This document shows, one piece after another, positions 6,762 through 16,211 of a stretch of 64,000 nt of DNA (position 1 is the first letter of the stretch; each line of letters starts with the position of its first letter). Location of the stretch: positions 2,009 through 66,008 of the forward strand of contig CAZKXI010000013.1 in assembly GCA_964556755.1 (NCBI GenBank), in the 5' to 3' direction. The translations under genes were made by a program, and so were the position numbers. The notes beneath the pieces were generated by a model. That model did no database searches and had not been told where the DNA came from. It worked only from the letters and a program-made list of their open reading frames with translations. The DNA comes from an uncultured Eubacteriales bacterium. GTDB lineage: Bacteria > Acidobacteriota > Aminicenantia > Aminicenantales > UBA4085.

Positions 6762-9306
6762 GGGAAGCCGGTCCTTCGAGGAGCGGCTCAGCGCCGTCTA
6801 CGACTTGAAGCGGCGGGTCCGCCTGGTCATCCTCCTCAGCGCCATCCTCTACGTGTCCTTCCTGGCCCTGGACGGCATCTACGTCCCGGAGCATTTCGGG
6901 CTGTTCCTGGCCATCCGCCTGGTCGTCCTGGCCGCCCATGGCGCCCTCCTCCTGCTCGTCTCCCGGATGAAGACCAGCCGCGGCTGCGCCAACCTGGCCA
7001 TCGCCCTGACGGCCTTCGACGTGGCCGGCATCGCCATCATGATCCAGTTCATGGGCGGGTTCACGTCCGCTTACGTCCAGGGCCTCTACCTGATCATCAT
7101 GGGCATGGTCGTGGTCGTACCCCTGGCCTTCCGCGAGACGGTCGTCCTGTACGCCACCATCTGGGCTTCCTACGCCGTGCCCAGCTTCTTCAACATGGCC
7201 CGGACCGGCTTCGACTGGCGGACCGTCTTCGCCAACCTCTACTTCCTGACGGCCATCGTCCTGATCGGCGTCTTCGGCTCCTACATCATGGACGCGATCC
7301 GCCGCCGCGAGCTGCGCGGCCGGGTCCAGCTGGAGGAGACCTCGGCCAAGCTCCAGGAGTCCAACCTCAAGCTCATGGCCCTGGACGAGCTGAAGACCCA
7401 GTTCTTCGCCAACGTCAACCACGAGCTGCGCACGCCCCTGACCCTGATGCTGGCCCCCCTGGGGCCGATGATCGAGGGCGGCATGGGCCGGCTGACGGCC
7501 AAGCAGAAGGACACCCTGCTGACCATCCGCCAGAACGGCCTCAAGCTGCTCAAGCTGATCAACAACCTCCTCGACCTGACCAAGCTCGAGGCGGGCAAGA
7601 TGCGGCTGAAGATCAAGTCCGTCGAGTTCGTCGACTTCGTCAACAGCCTGCTGGCCTCGGTCAAGCCCCTGGCCGACCGCAAGTCGATCAAGCTCTACTT
7701 CCAGCACCCCTCGGTCGACCTGCCCCTGCATATCGACCCGGACCAGTTCGAGAAGATCGTCCTCAACCTGCTCTCCAACGCGGTCAAGTTCACGCCGGAG
7801 GGCGGCCGCATCACGGTCTACTTGGACGAGTCCGCCGAGGCCGTCCAGTTCACCGTCGAGGACACCGGCATCGGCATCCCGGCCGCCATGCTGGAGACGA
7901 TCTTCGACCGCTTCTCCCAGGTCGACGGCTCGCTGTCCCGGGCCCACGAGGGCTCCGGCATCGGGCTGTCGCTGGTCCGCGAGCTGGTCCAGCTGCACGG
8001 CGGGCGGGTCCGGGCCGAGAGCGAGATCGGCAAGGGCTCCCGCTTCATCGTCGACATCCTCAAGGGCGACGCCCACTACGGCGAAGAGGTCCTGGACCGG
8101 CGGGTCAGCGACCTGCCCGTGGCCCTCAAGAAGAGGTCCAGCGACGCCGGCCAGCCGCGGGTCCAGGACATCGTCACCGACTTCCGCAAGCTCCAGCTGA
8201 TGGACCTGGAGCGGGAGGAGCTGCGCCCCGGGGAGCAGGCCGCCCCGCGCCGGCACGACAACAACCTGGTCGTGGTCGACGACAATCCCGAAGTCCTCAA
8301 GCTGATGAAGCTTCTGCTGGAGGACGAGTTCGACCTTCACCTGGCCGCCTCCGGCGAGGAGGCCCTGGTCCTGATCCGGGACAAGATGCCGGACGTGGTC
8401 ATCAGCGACGTCATGATGCCGGGCATGGACGGCCACGCCCTGACCCGGCGGATCAAGACCGACGACGCCCTCCGCCACATCCCGGTCATCCTGGTCACGG
8501 CCCGCTCGGGGGCCGAGATGCTCAACGAGGGCATCGAGGCGGGGGCCGACGACTACCTGCCCAAGCCCTTCGACTCCGTCGAGCTGAAGGCCCGCATCCG
8601 CAGCCTGCTCCGGATGCGGCGGGCCGAGGCCGATCTGGCCCTGGCCAACCGCAATCTCAAGATGCGGACATCCGACCTGGTCGAGCGGCAGAGGGACCTG
8701 TTCCTGGCCATGGTCCGCTCGCTCGTCTCGGCCCTGGAGGCCAAGGACAAGTACACCCGCGACCACTCCAGCCGGGTGACGGAGCTGTCGCTGCGCATCG
8801 CCCGCTCCATGAAGCTCGACGAGAGGGAGCTGAACGACCTGGAGATGGCGGCCATCCTGCACGACGTCGGCAAGATCGCCATCCCGGAGCGGATCCTGCA
8901 CAAGAAGTCGCCCCTGACCGAGGAGGAGTTCGCCGTCATCCGCCAGCACCCCGTCATCGGCGAGAACATCCTCAAGCCCGTCGTCGAGCTGCGGCAGATC
9001 GCCCGCATCGTCCGCTCCCACCACGAGCGCTACGACGGCCGGGGCTATCCCGACGGGCTGAAAGGCCAGGCCATCCCGGTTGCGGCCCGGATCATGGCCG
9101 TGGCCGACTCCTACGACGCCATCACCTCGAGCCGCCCCTACCGCGACTCGGAGTCGCACAACTACGCCCTCAAGGAAGTCATCAAGTGCTCCGGCCTCCA
9201 GTTCGATCCGGAGGCCGTGGAGCACTTCATCGAGGCCCTCAAGACCGGCCCCCTGCCGGCCGGCCCGTCCGAGACGGCCCCCTTGTTCGGGAATCTGCCG
9301 GACTGA
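6754..9306 (+). CDS. Membrane sensor hybrid histidine kinase fused to receiver and HD-GYP c-di-GMP phosphodiesterase
   Basis: About six hydrophobic helices; H-box FFANVNHELRTPL; NLLSNAVKFT, DTGIGI, GSGIGL; receiver VVDD/SDVMMP/KPF; HD-GYP motifs HDVGK, HHERYDGRGYP, VADSYDA, RPYR. Overlaps the upstream stop (ATGGATAA). Confidence 0.93.
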   Translation: MDKGSRSFEERLSAVYDLKRRVRLVILLSAILYVSFLALDGIYVPEHFGLFLAIRLVVLAAHGALLLLVSRMKTSRGCANLAIALTAFDVAGIAIMIQFMGGFTSAYVQGLYLIIMGMVVVVPLAFRETVVLYATIWASYAVPSFFNMARTGFDWRTVFANLYFLTAIVLIGVFGSYIMDAIRRRELRGRVQLEETSAKLQESNLKLMALDELKTQFFANVNHELRTPLTLMLAPLGPMIEGGMGRLTAKQKDTLLTIRQNGLKLLKLINNLLDLTKLEAGKMRLKIKSVEFVDFVNSLLASVKPLADRKSIKLYFQHPSVDLPLHIDPDQFEKIVLNLLSNAVKFTPEGGRITVYLDESAEAVQFTVEDTGIGIPAAMLETIFDRFSQVDGSLSRAHEGSGIGLSLVRELVQLHGGRVRAESEIGKGSRFIVDILKGDAHYGEEVLDRRVSDLPVALKKRSSDAGQPRVQDIVTDFRKLQLMDLEREELRPGEQAAPRRHDNNLVVVDDNPEVLKLMKLLLEDEFDLHLAASGEEALVLIRDKMPDVVISDVMMPGMDGHALTRRIKTDDALRHIPVILVTARSGAEMLNEGIEAGADDYLPKPFDSVELKARIRSLLRMRRAEADLALANRNLKMRTSDLVERQRDLFLAMVRSLVSALEAKDKYTRDHSSRVTELSLRIARSMKLDERELNDLEMAAILHDVGKIAIPERILHKKSPLTEEEFAVIRQHPVIGENILKPVVELRQIARIVRSHHERYDGRGYPDGLKGQAIPVAARIMAVADSYDAITSSRPYRDSESHNYALKEVIKCSGLQFDPEAVEHFIEALKTGPLPAGPSETAPLFGNLPD

Positions 9307-9311
9307 TCCGC

Positions 9312-10412
9312 TCAGTCCCCGTCGCCGAAGGAGATCCCGATGGACCGGGCGGCGGCGATCAGCGGGTGATCGACGGGGACCAGCTTCGGCCCCCCGGCCG
9401 GCACGTCCAGCGGCACCGAAGTCAGCTCTCCCCCGTGGACCGCCACCATCCGCCCGAAGCGGCCTTCGGCGGCCAGCCGCACGGCCGCTTCGCCCAGCCG
9501 GGTGGCCAGGATGCGATCGGCCGCGGTCGGCGTCCCGCCCCTCTGGACGTGGCCGAGGACGACGGCCCGGGTCTCCGCTCCGGCCGCCTTCTCCAGCTGA
9601 GCGGCCAGGACGAAGCCGATGCCGCCCAGACGGACGGGATCGGCGCTGCGGGCGACGACCGAACGGACCACCGCCTTCCCTCCCCGCGGCATGGCCCCCT
9701 CGGAGGCGATGACCAGGCTGAAGGCCTTGCCGCGACGCCGCCGGTCGCGGATCTTGGCCGCCACGGCCTCGATCGTGTAGGGAAGCTCGGGGATGAGGAT
9801 GACGTCGCCGCCGCCGGCCAGTCCGGCGTAGAGGCCGATCCAGCCGGCCCGACGCCCCATGACCTCGACGACCATAATCCGGTGGTGCGAAGCGGCGGTC
9901 GTATGGAGCCGATCGATGGCCTCCGTGGCGATGGCCACGGCGGTGTCGAAGCCGAATGTCACATCCGTCCCGCGCAGGTCGTTGTCGATGGTCTTGGGCA
10001 CGCCCACGACCGGCAGCCCGTCCTCCTGAAGGCGGGCGGCCGAAGCCAGGGTGCCGTCGCCTCCGATCAGGATCAAGCCGTCCAGGCCGGCCTCGCGGGC
10101 GTGGCGCAGGACGCGCCGCGAGACATCGCGCCGGACGACCGTCCCGCCCCGGACCTCGGCGTAGTCGTAGGGATTGGCCGTGTTGGACGTGCCCAGGATG
10201 GTGCCGCCCAGGGTCAGGAGCCCCGAGACATCGCCCGCCCGCAGGCGGCGCCAGCGGCCGCGGATCAGGCCCTCGTAGCCGTCCTCGATCCCGACCACGC
10301 TCCAGCCGTGCTCCCAGATCGCGGCCTTGGCCACGGCCCGGATGACGGCGTTGATGCCGGGGCAGTCGCCTCCGCCGGACAGGATTCCAATGGTCAGGGC
10401 GGGCTTTCTCAT
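9312..10412 (-). CDS. pfkA: 6-phosphofructokinase (PfkA family, mixed-substrate/group III type)
   Basis: GILSGGGDCPGINAVIRAV, GGTILGT, IGGDGT, PKTIDND, EVMGRRAGW, GHVQRGG. Confidence 0.93.
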   Translation of the reverse strand: MRKPALTIGILSGGGDCPGINAVIRAVAKAAIWEHGWSVVGIEDGYEGLIRGRWRRLRAGDVSGLLTLGGTILGTSNTANPYDYAEVRGGTVVRRDVSRRVLRHAREAGLDGLILIGGDGTLASAARLQEDGLPVVGVPKTIDNDLRGTDVTFGFDTAVAIATEAIDRLHTTAASHHRIMVVEVMGRRAGWIGLYAGLAGGGDVILIPELPYTIEAVAAKIRDRRRRGKAFSLVIASEGAMPRGGKAVVRSVVARSADPVRLGGIGFVLAAQLEKAAGAETRAVVLGHVQRGGTPTAADRILATRLGEAAVRLAAEGRFGRMVAVHGGELTSVPLDVPAGGPKLVPVDHPLIAAARSIGISFGDGD

Positions 10413-10418
10413 GAGCCG

Positions 10419-10447
10419 ACTATAGGGAAGGCCGGCCGGGCTGTCAA
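10419..10447 (-). promoter_or_regulatory. pfkA promoter predicted to give a leaderless mRNA
   Basis: TTGACA (10447-10442), 17 bp spacer, TATAGT (10424-10419); ATG 7 nt downstream; no Shine-Dalgarno sequence. Confidence 0.7.
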
Positions 10448-10526
10448 TCGCCCGCGCGGCCGGCTTCCCGAGCGGGGCGGGGTTCTGGTATGATTCCGCC
10501 AACGCCAACCTTCTCGGAGGTCCGCC

Positions 10527-11903
10527 ATGATCCATCGCCGCCGCCTGACCGTCCTCCTCCTGGCCGCCGCCCTGGCCGCCCCCGCCCTGGCCGGACAGGG
10601 CATGAAGTTCGACAAGTCCGAGTACGCCGCCCGCCGGGCCAAGCTCATGGACAAGATCGCCGACGGCACGGCCGTCCTGTTCGGGGCGACGACGATCGCC
10701 AGCTACTATCCCTTCGCCCAGGCCAACGACTTCCTCTACCTGACCGGCGTGGAGATGCCCAACGCCGCCCTGATGATGGACGGCCGATCCCGCACCAGCA
10801 CCCTGTTCCTGACCACGACCGAGGCCGCCGTCCTGGCCGAGGGCCTCGACCCGGCCCTGGCCAAGGACCCCAAGGCCTTTACCGGGATCGAGCGCGTCCT
10901 GCCCGCCGAGAGCCTCTCTCCGATGATCGCCATGGCCGCCGGGCGAAGCCCGATCTACGCCCCCTTCTCGCCGGAGGAGCTCTATCGCGAGGCCAGCCTG
11001 GAGAAGCAGTCCGCGTTCCTGCGCAGCGCCACGCTCAACCCCTGGGACGGCCGGCTGACCCGGGAGATGCAGTTCGTCCGGGTGCTGAAAGAGCGCTTCC
11101 CCCAAGTCGACGTCCGCAACCTCTCGCCCTTGATCTGGGACTTGAGGACGATCAAGTCGCCGGCCGAGATCGCCCTGCTGCGGAAGGCGGCGGCCATCGG
11201 GGTCAAGGCTCACATCGAGATCCTCAAGGCCGCCCGCCCCGGGATGCGGGAGTACGAGCTGTCGGGCGTGCTGAACTATGTCTGCGAGCGGGAAGGGGCC
11301 CAGGAGAGCGCCTACGGGGTCATCATCTCCTCGGGACCCAACCACCCCTTCGTCCACTACGCCAAGCATGACCGCCTGCTTCGGGACGGCGATCTGCTGG
11401 TCGTGGACGCCGGTCCCGACCTGGACTCCTATGACATCGACATCACCACGACCTTTCCGGCCGGGGCCTCCTTCACCCCCCGCCAGAAGGAGATCTATGA
11501 GGCCTGCCTGGCCGTTCACGAGGCCAGCCTGTCGGTCTACCGGCCCGGCCTGACCGCCCTCCAGTGCCGGCAGGAGGTCGACGAGATCCTCAAGAAGAAG
11601 GGCTTTGACTTGAGCCGGGACTACTTCCAGCGGATGCGGGGCGGCTTCGGCCACTACGTCGGCATGGCCACCCACGACGTGGGCGGCGGCCCGCAGACGC
11701 TCAAGCCCGGCATGGTCTTCGCCAACGAGCCGCTGTTCATCCTGGCGGCCGAGGAGATCGGCGTCCGGGTCGAGGACACCGTCCTGATCACCGAGACCGG
11801 CTGCGAGAACCTGACCGCGGGCATCCCCCGCTCGGTGGCGGAGATTGAGGCGGCCAAGAAGTCGGACGGCTTCCCTCAGATCCTCAAGAAGGCCGGCCGC
11901 TGA
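10527..11903 (+). CDS. Exported Xaa-Pro aminopeptidase (M24B)
   Basis: Signal peptide; DFLYLTG, IKSPAEI, DAGPD..DITTTFP, GHYVGMATHD, NEP, GVRVEDTVLITE. Confidence 0.9.
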   Translation: MIHRRRLTVLLLAAALAAPALAGQGMKFDKSEYAARRAKLMDKIADGTAVLFGATTIASYYPFAQANDFLYLTGVEMPNAALMMDGRSRTSTLFLTTTEAAVLAEGLDPALAKDPKAFTGIERVLPAESLSPMIAMAAGRSPIYAPFSPEELYREASLEKQSAFLRSATLNPWDGRLTREMQFVRVLKERFPQVDVRNLSPLIWDLRTIKSPAEIALLRKAAAIGVKAHIEILKAARPGMREYELSGVLNYVCEREGAQESAYGVIISSGPNHPFVHYAKHDRLLRDGDLLVVDAGPDLDSYDIDITTTFPAGASFTPRQKEIYEACLAVHEASLSVYRPGLTALQCRQEVDEILKKKGFDLSRDYFQRMRGGFGHYVGMATHDVGGGPQTLKPGMVFANEPLFILAAEEIGVRVEDTVLITETGCENLTAGIPRSVAEIEAAKKSDGFPQILKKAGR

Positions 11904-11915
11904 GGCCGGCCCGGC

Positions 11916-13403
11916 TCAGTCGACGCGGCGGGCGTCCCGGCGGAAGTCCTTCTGCCACAGGACCAGGCTGTCGATCCGCCCGCCGGCCCCGCGGTAGAAC
12001 TGGATCCGGACGTAGGGATCCGTGGAGTAGAAGAGGGTCTGCCCCTCGGCGTAGAAGCGCGTAGCGGCCTGTCCGGTCGGGGTGATGACCAGATAGTAGT
12101 CCTCCGGCCGGACGTCCAGAACGTATCCGGGAACGACCTCGAAGCGGCCGCGGAGCTCCTCGTAGGCTTCCGGCGCCAGCCGCAGGACCGGCTTCTCGAC
12201 CGGCTTGAAGTCGGCCCATCCATAGGCCTCCGAGAAGGCCGCCAGAACCTCCTCGATGAGGACGTCGCCGTTGTCGCTGTTGGTCATGACCACGCAGCCC
12301 TGGCCGGCTCCCGGGTAGACGACCATGGCGCAGGCGAAGCCGCGGGTCGAGCCGGCGGCCCGGAAGTGGAGCGATTCGCCCCGGCCTTCGGCGAAGAAGC
12401 CAAGGCCGAAGTTCTGGACCTGAGCCCGCAGGAGCGTCCGGGCCGCTTCGGGATCGAGAAGCCGGGCGGGGCGCCCTTCGGCGGCCGCCAGGAGGTCGAT
12501 CAGAATCGCCGCATAATCCGAAGGCGTCGTCCAGAGGCCCTTGGCCGCCGACTCCGGGTACCGGGCCGCTCCGCCGGGCACGGCCTGGCCGTCGCGCAGG
12601 AAGCCCAGGGCGGCCGTGGAGCGGACGTCTTCCGACAGGTCCACGCCGAAAGACGTCCGTCTCAGCCCGAGCGGTCGGGAGATCCTCTCGTCCGCCAGAG
12701 CCGCGAAAGGCCGCCCGGTCAGGTCTTCCAGCAGCGCTTGAGCGACCACATATCCCGCCTCGGAAGGCCAGGCTTCCAGGCGCGCGCTCCGGCGCGGCGG
12801 CACCCACAGCGGGCCGTTGTGGGCCGGCTCGAGGCCGGAGAGGACTTCGGCCAGGCTGGGCAAGGGCTCATCCGGCCCGTAACCCGCCAGGACTTGATCC
12901 GAAAGCCCCGCCGACTGGGACAGGAGGGCTCTCAGGCTGACGCCGCCCGGCCCGGGCTCGAACTCGGGCGGGAATCTCCACGTCCGGAGCCTGGGCCGGA
13001 TGTCCTCATCCAGCCCGATGAGGCCGTCGCCACAGGCTTGGAGCGCGAGGACCGACGTCACGAGGGCGCTGAGCCCGCCGGCTTGGAAGGGCGTCTCGGG
13101 AGTCACGGGCGACTCGACCCGAAGGTCGCGGGCGCCGCGGGCCCGGGTCCATTCCAAACGCCCCTTATCGAAGGCGGCCAGGCTGAGGCCGGGGACTTTG
13201 TAGAAGGCCATGCGGTCTTCCAGGCGAAGCCTCTCCGGCCGCAGTCCCTGCGGATAGACGGCCCGCTGAAGACCCTTCTCGACCTGGTTGGCCCGCCTGC
13301 GGGCCAGGCCCGCCCGAGCGTCGCAGGCCGCCAAGCCCGCCAGGACCGCGGCGGCCAAGATCAAGCCGACCGGTCCGACCCGCCCTCCCCGCCCCCTTGT
13401 CAT
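11916..13403 (-). CDS. Beta-lactamase class C/serine-hydrolase fold lipoprotein with degenerate catalytic motifs
   Basis: Lipobox LAAC; KVPGLSLA, VTPETPFQAG, LLSQSAGL, GLWTTPSD, GQGCVVMTNSD. SxxK position reads GLSA. Confidence 0.75.
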   Translation of the reverse strand: MTRGRGGRVGPVGLILAAAVLAGLAACDARAGLARRRANQVEKGLQRAVYPQGLRPERLRLEDRMAFYKVPGLSLAAFDKGRLEWTRARGARDLRVESPVTPETPFQAGGLSALVTSVLALQACGDGLIGLDEDIRPRLRTWRFPPEFEPGPGGVSLRALLSQSAGLSDQVLAGYGPDEPLPSLAEVLSGLEPAHNGPLWVPPRRSARLEAWPSEAGYVVAQALLEDLTGRPFAALADERISRPLGLRRTSFGVDLSEDVRSTAALGFLRDGQAVPGGAARYPESAAKGLWTTPSDYAAILIDLLAAAEGRPARLLDPEAARTLLRAQVQNFGLGFFAEGRGESLHFRAAGSTRGFACAMVVYPGAGQGCVVMTNSDNGDVLIEEVLAAFSEAYGWADFKPVEKPVLRLAPEAYEELRGRFEVVPGYVLDVRPEDYYLVITPTGQAATRFYAEGQTLFYSTDPYVRIQFYRGAGGRIDSLVLWQKDFRRDARRVD

Positions 13404-14773
13404 CGCTTCGCTCCCGCGCCCGGGGCGTCTTTCACGAAGCCGGCCACGGCCTCGATGACGGCTCCGGACATATGGCCGGGGACCTGGTATTCGGCCGGGG
13501 CCGAGGGGCCGGTCCCCTCGAAGAAGAGATGGTTGCAGGCGGGCAGGAGCTTGAACACGGCGTTCTCCCGGCCGGAGAGGGCTTTTCTCCAATTCTCGAA
13601 ATCCTCGACCGTGACCTGGTAGTCGCGCCCGCCCTGCAGGATGAGAATCGGCTCCGGCGCCGTCCGCATCGCCGCCGCCGGATCGTAGCCGCGCAGGTCC
13701 AGCCAGTAGGCGGCGGGGGCGCCCAGGATGACGGCCGTCAAGCCCCTGTCCTTCTCCCCCAGGGCGTTGATAGCGGCCGCCTGGGCCTTCAGGTCCTCGA
13801 TCGCCTTGCGCTCCCCGGGCTCGATCCGCCCATCCAGGCCGGACAGATACTCCACTTGGCGGATCATCGTCTCCGGCAGCGGGCGCGTGGCCCCGGCCAG
13901 GCTGATGAAGCCCGCCGGGCGATCTTGTCCGAGGGCTTCCGAGATGCGCGGCAGGAGCGCGCCGCCCAAGCTGTGTCCGAGGATGAAGACGCGGCCGGGA
14001 TCGATCTCGGCCCGGCCTTTCAAGAGCCGGACCGCCGCCGCCGCGTCGTCGACGGCCTCCTCGCGGACGGTGAAGCGGCCGAAGTCGGGGCCCGCGGCCA
14101 GCCGGGCGCCGAAGACGCGGGTTCGCTTCTCATAGCGGAGGACGGCGATGCCGGCCGAGGCGAGTCCCCAGGCCAGGTCCCGGAACGGCTTGTTGGGACC
14201 GATCGTCTCGTCGCGGTCGTTGGGGCCCGAGCCATGGACCAGGACGACGGCCGGGAAGGGCCCCCGGCCGCGCGGCGTCGTCAGGACGGCCGGGAGGGGC
14301 CAGGCGGGGCCGCCCACGGTGAGATCGGACTCCTCAAAGCTTTCCGCCCGGACATAGGCCGCCGGGCGGTCGTCCGGCGGCGGGGCGACGGGAATGAACT
14401 GGAAGCCGGCGATGCGGCCTTGGGCGTCGAAGACGATCCGGGCGTCCAAGGTCTGTCTCTCGAACTCGCAGGTCACCAGGACGATGTCATAAGCGCCCAG
14501 CTTATCGCGGCGCGAAGAGGTCCGGCGCCGGAAGGGGCTGAGCCTCGCCGGAGCCTCCTTCCAGAAAGCGGCCAGCCGGTCCGGTCCCGAGACCCGGAGC
14601 ATGGTCGCGTCGAAGTCGCGGGCGGCGGCGGCGAAATCGCCGGCCGTCAGGGCGTCGACGAAGGCTTCCGCCTTGAGGACCAGGCCGTCCGGCGGACGGA
14701 CCTCCTGCATCGGCGCCGGCCCGCCGGACCAAGACGCCAGAAAGACCAGAGCGGCCAACGGAAGGCACATCAT
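13400..14773 (-). CDS. Exported DUF3887-like + alpha/beta hydrolase
   Basis: FDAQGRIAGFQF (DUF3887-like), VVLVHGSGPNDRDET, RYEKR, GHSLGG, QGGRDYQV, NHLF; ATGA overlap with the next gene. Confidence 0.85.
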   Translation of the reverse strand: MMCLPLAALVFLASWSGGPAPMQEVRPPDGLVLKAEAFVDALTAGDFAAAARDFDATMLRVSGPDRLAAFWKEAPARLSPFRRRTSSRRDKLGAYDIVLVTCEFERQTLDARIVFDAQGRIAGFQFIPVAPPPDDRPAAYVRAESFEESDLTVGGPAWPLPAVLTTPRGRGPFPAVVLVHGSGPNDRDETIGPNKPFRDLAWGLASAGIAVLRYEKRTRVFGARLAAGPDFGRFTVREEAVDDAAAAVRLLKGRAEIDPGRVFILGHSLGGALLPRISEALGQDRPAGFISLAGATRPLPETMIRQVEYLSGLDGRIEPGERKAIEDLKAQAAAINALGEKDRGLTAVILGAPAAYWLDLRGYDPAAAMRTAPEPILILQGGRDYQVTVEDFENWRKALSGRENAVFKLLPACNHLFFEGTGPSAPAEYQVPGHMSGAVIEAVAGFVKDAPGAGAKR

Positions 14774-14801
14774 TCTGAATCGACTCCTCGGCAGGCCATG
14801 G

Positions 14802-15494
14802 TCAAGCCTCCCGGCGGCGCTGCCGGAGCCAGAAGTCCCCCAGGATATAGACGTTGACCGCGGAGGACGCCGCCAACAGGACATAGATCCCGACATCGAC
14901 GCGGCCGGCCAGCCCGAAGACGGCGATGAGGGCCATCAGCCAGGCCCGGTTCTCGGCCGTATCCGCCAGCTTGGAGTCGCGGCGCAGGATCTTGACGAGG
15001 TAATACAGGCTCAGCTCCAGATTGTAGAGGCCCACCGCCAGCAGGCCCAGTCCCAGCCAGAGGACCCGCCCGGTCTGGGCGTAGAGGCCGGCCGCCGCGC
15101 AGGTCAGGAGGGCGAACTCCCCGATCCGATCGAGGATCAGGTCGAGCGCCGCACCGAGCTCGCTCTCCTGGCCGCGGCTGCGGGCCAGCATGCCGTCGGC
15201 GCAGTCGATGATCGAGGACATCTGGGCCAGCAGGCCGCCCGCGGCGACCAGCCACCGCTCCCCCGTCAGGAAGAGGCCGGCCCCGGCCAGGCCGACGAGG
15301 AATCCGGCCACGGTCACCTGGTTGGGCGTGACCCGGGTCCTGAAGAGCGCCCGGACGATCAGCGAGGCCAGGGGGCGGTTGAGGAAGCGGTTGATCCGGA
15401 GGGCTTTCAGGGTCCAGCGGCTCTCCTCCTTGGCCACGGCCAGGCGATAGTCGAACTCAGCCGCGGAGGCGGGGGGCGATGTCTCGTCGGGCAT
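14802..15494 (-). CDS. CDP-alcohol phosphatidyltransferase family protein
   Basis: TPNQVT and the full motif DCADGMLAR...GAALDLILD. Confidence 0.88.
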   Translation of the reverse strand: MPDETSPPASAAEFDYRLAVAKEESRWTLKALRINRFLNRPLASLIVRALFRTRVTPNQVTVAGFLVGLAGAGLFLTGERWLVAAGGLLAQMSSIIDCADGMLARSRGQESELGAALDLILDRIGEFALLTCAAAGLYAQTGRVLWLGLGLLAVGLYNLELSLYYLVKILRRDSKLADTAENRAWLMALIAVFGLAGRVDVGIYVLLAASSAVNVYILGDFWLRQRRREA

Positions 15495-16197
15495 GCTCGT
15501 AATCCTCGGGGGTGTCGATCTCGATCCAGGCCCGGCCGGCGGTCGGGACGAGGCCGAAGGCGTGCCGCCCGTCCGTGTCCCCGGCCGCCAGCCGGTCGAA
15601 TCCGGCCTCGAAGAAGTGGCCCCGCTCGCCGCGGGCCTCGAAGCCCTCATAGATCCGAACCAGCTCGGCGGCCGTCGCTGCGCCGATCCTGTTCAGGCCG
15701 ATGGCCTCGCCGCGGCAGGCGGCCGGGTCGAGGCCCTTGCCGATGCGCGTCACGCGGCCGTCCCGGACCTCCACCTTGACTTCCTCGACCGCCAGGCGGC
15801 CCGTATCGTCCACGGTCACGGCGTTGGGCCCGGGATGCCGGACCAAGTCGCCGGCCAGGCTCGGATCGAAGAGGACATCGCCGTTGAACTGGAGGCAGTC
15901 GAGCCCGGGCGAGGCGGCCAGGGCGAGCCGCAAGGAGACCGCGGTGTTGGTCTCGTCGTAGTCGGGATTGGCGACGAACCGGGCTCCTTCGGGCAGGCAG
16001 CGCCGGGCCTCCGCCTCGACCATCTCGGCCCGGTAGCCGGTGACGAGGAGAATGTCCCGCAGTCCCTCCCCCCGCAGGGCGGAGAGGCAGCGCTCCAGGA
16101 TCGTCCGGCCGCCGAGCTCGATCAGGCACTTGGGCCTGTCATCGGTCATGGGGCGGAGGCGCCGGCCGCGGCCGGCGCAGAGGATGATGGCTCTCAA
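15457..16197 (-). CDS. NTP transferase (LicC/IPCT-like cytidylyltransferase)
   Basis: TTG start 9 nt after AGGAGG; RAIILCAGRGRRLRPMTDDRPKCL, NPDYDETNTAVSL, NGDVLFD, WIEIDTPED. Confidence 0.85.
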   Translation of the reverse strand: MRAIILCAGRGRRLRPMTDDRPKCLIELGGRTILERCLSALRGEGLRDILLVTGYRAEMVEAEARRCLPEGARFVANPDYDETNTAVSLRLALAASPGLDCLQFNGDVLFDPSLAGDLVRHPGPNAVTVDDTGRLAVEEVKVEVRDGRVTRIGKGLDPAACRGEAIGLNRIGAATAAELVRIYEGFEARGERGHFFEAGFDRLAAGDTDGRHAFGLVPTAGRAWIEIDTPEDYEHARRDIAPRLRG

Positions 16198-16211
16198 GGC
16201 GACGGGCCTCC

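Noticed and set aside
11916-13403. Antibiotic-resistance beta-lactamase
   Set aside because: Catalytic Ser, Lys and Tyr are absent
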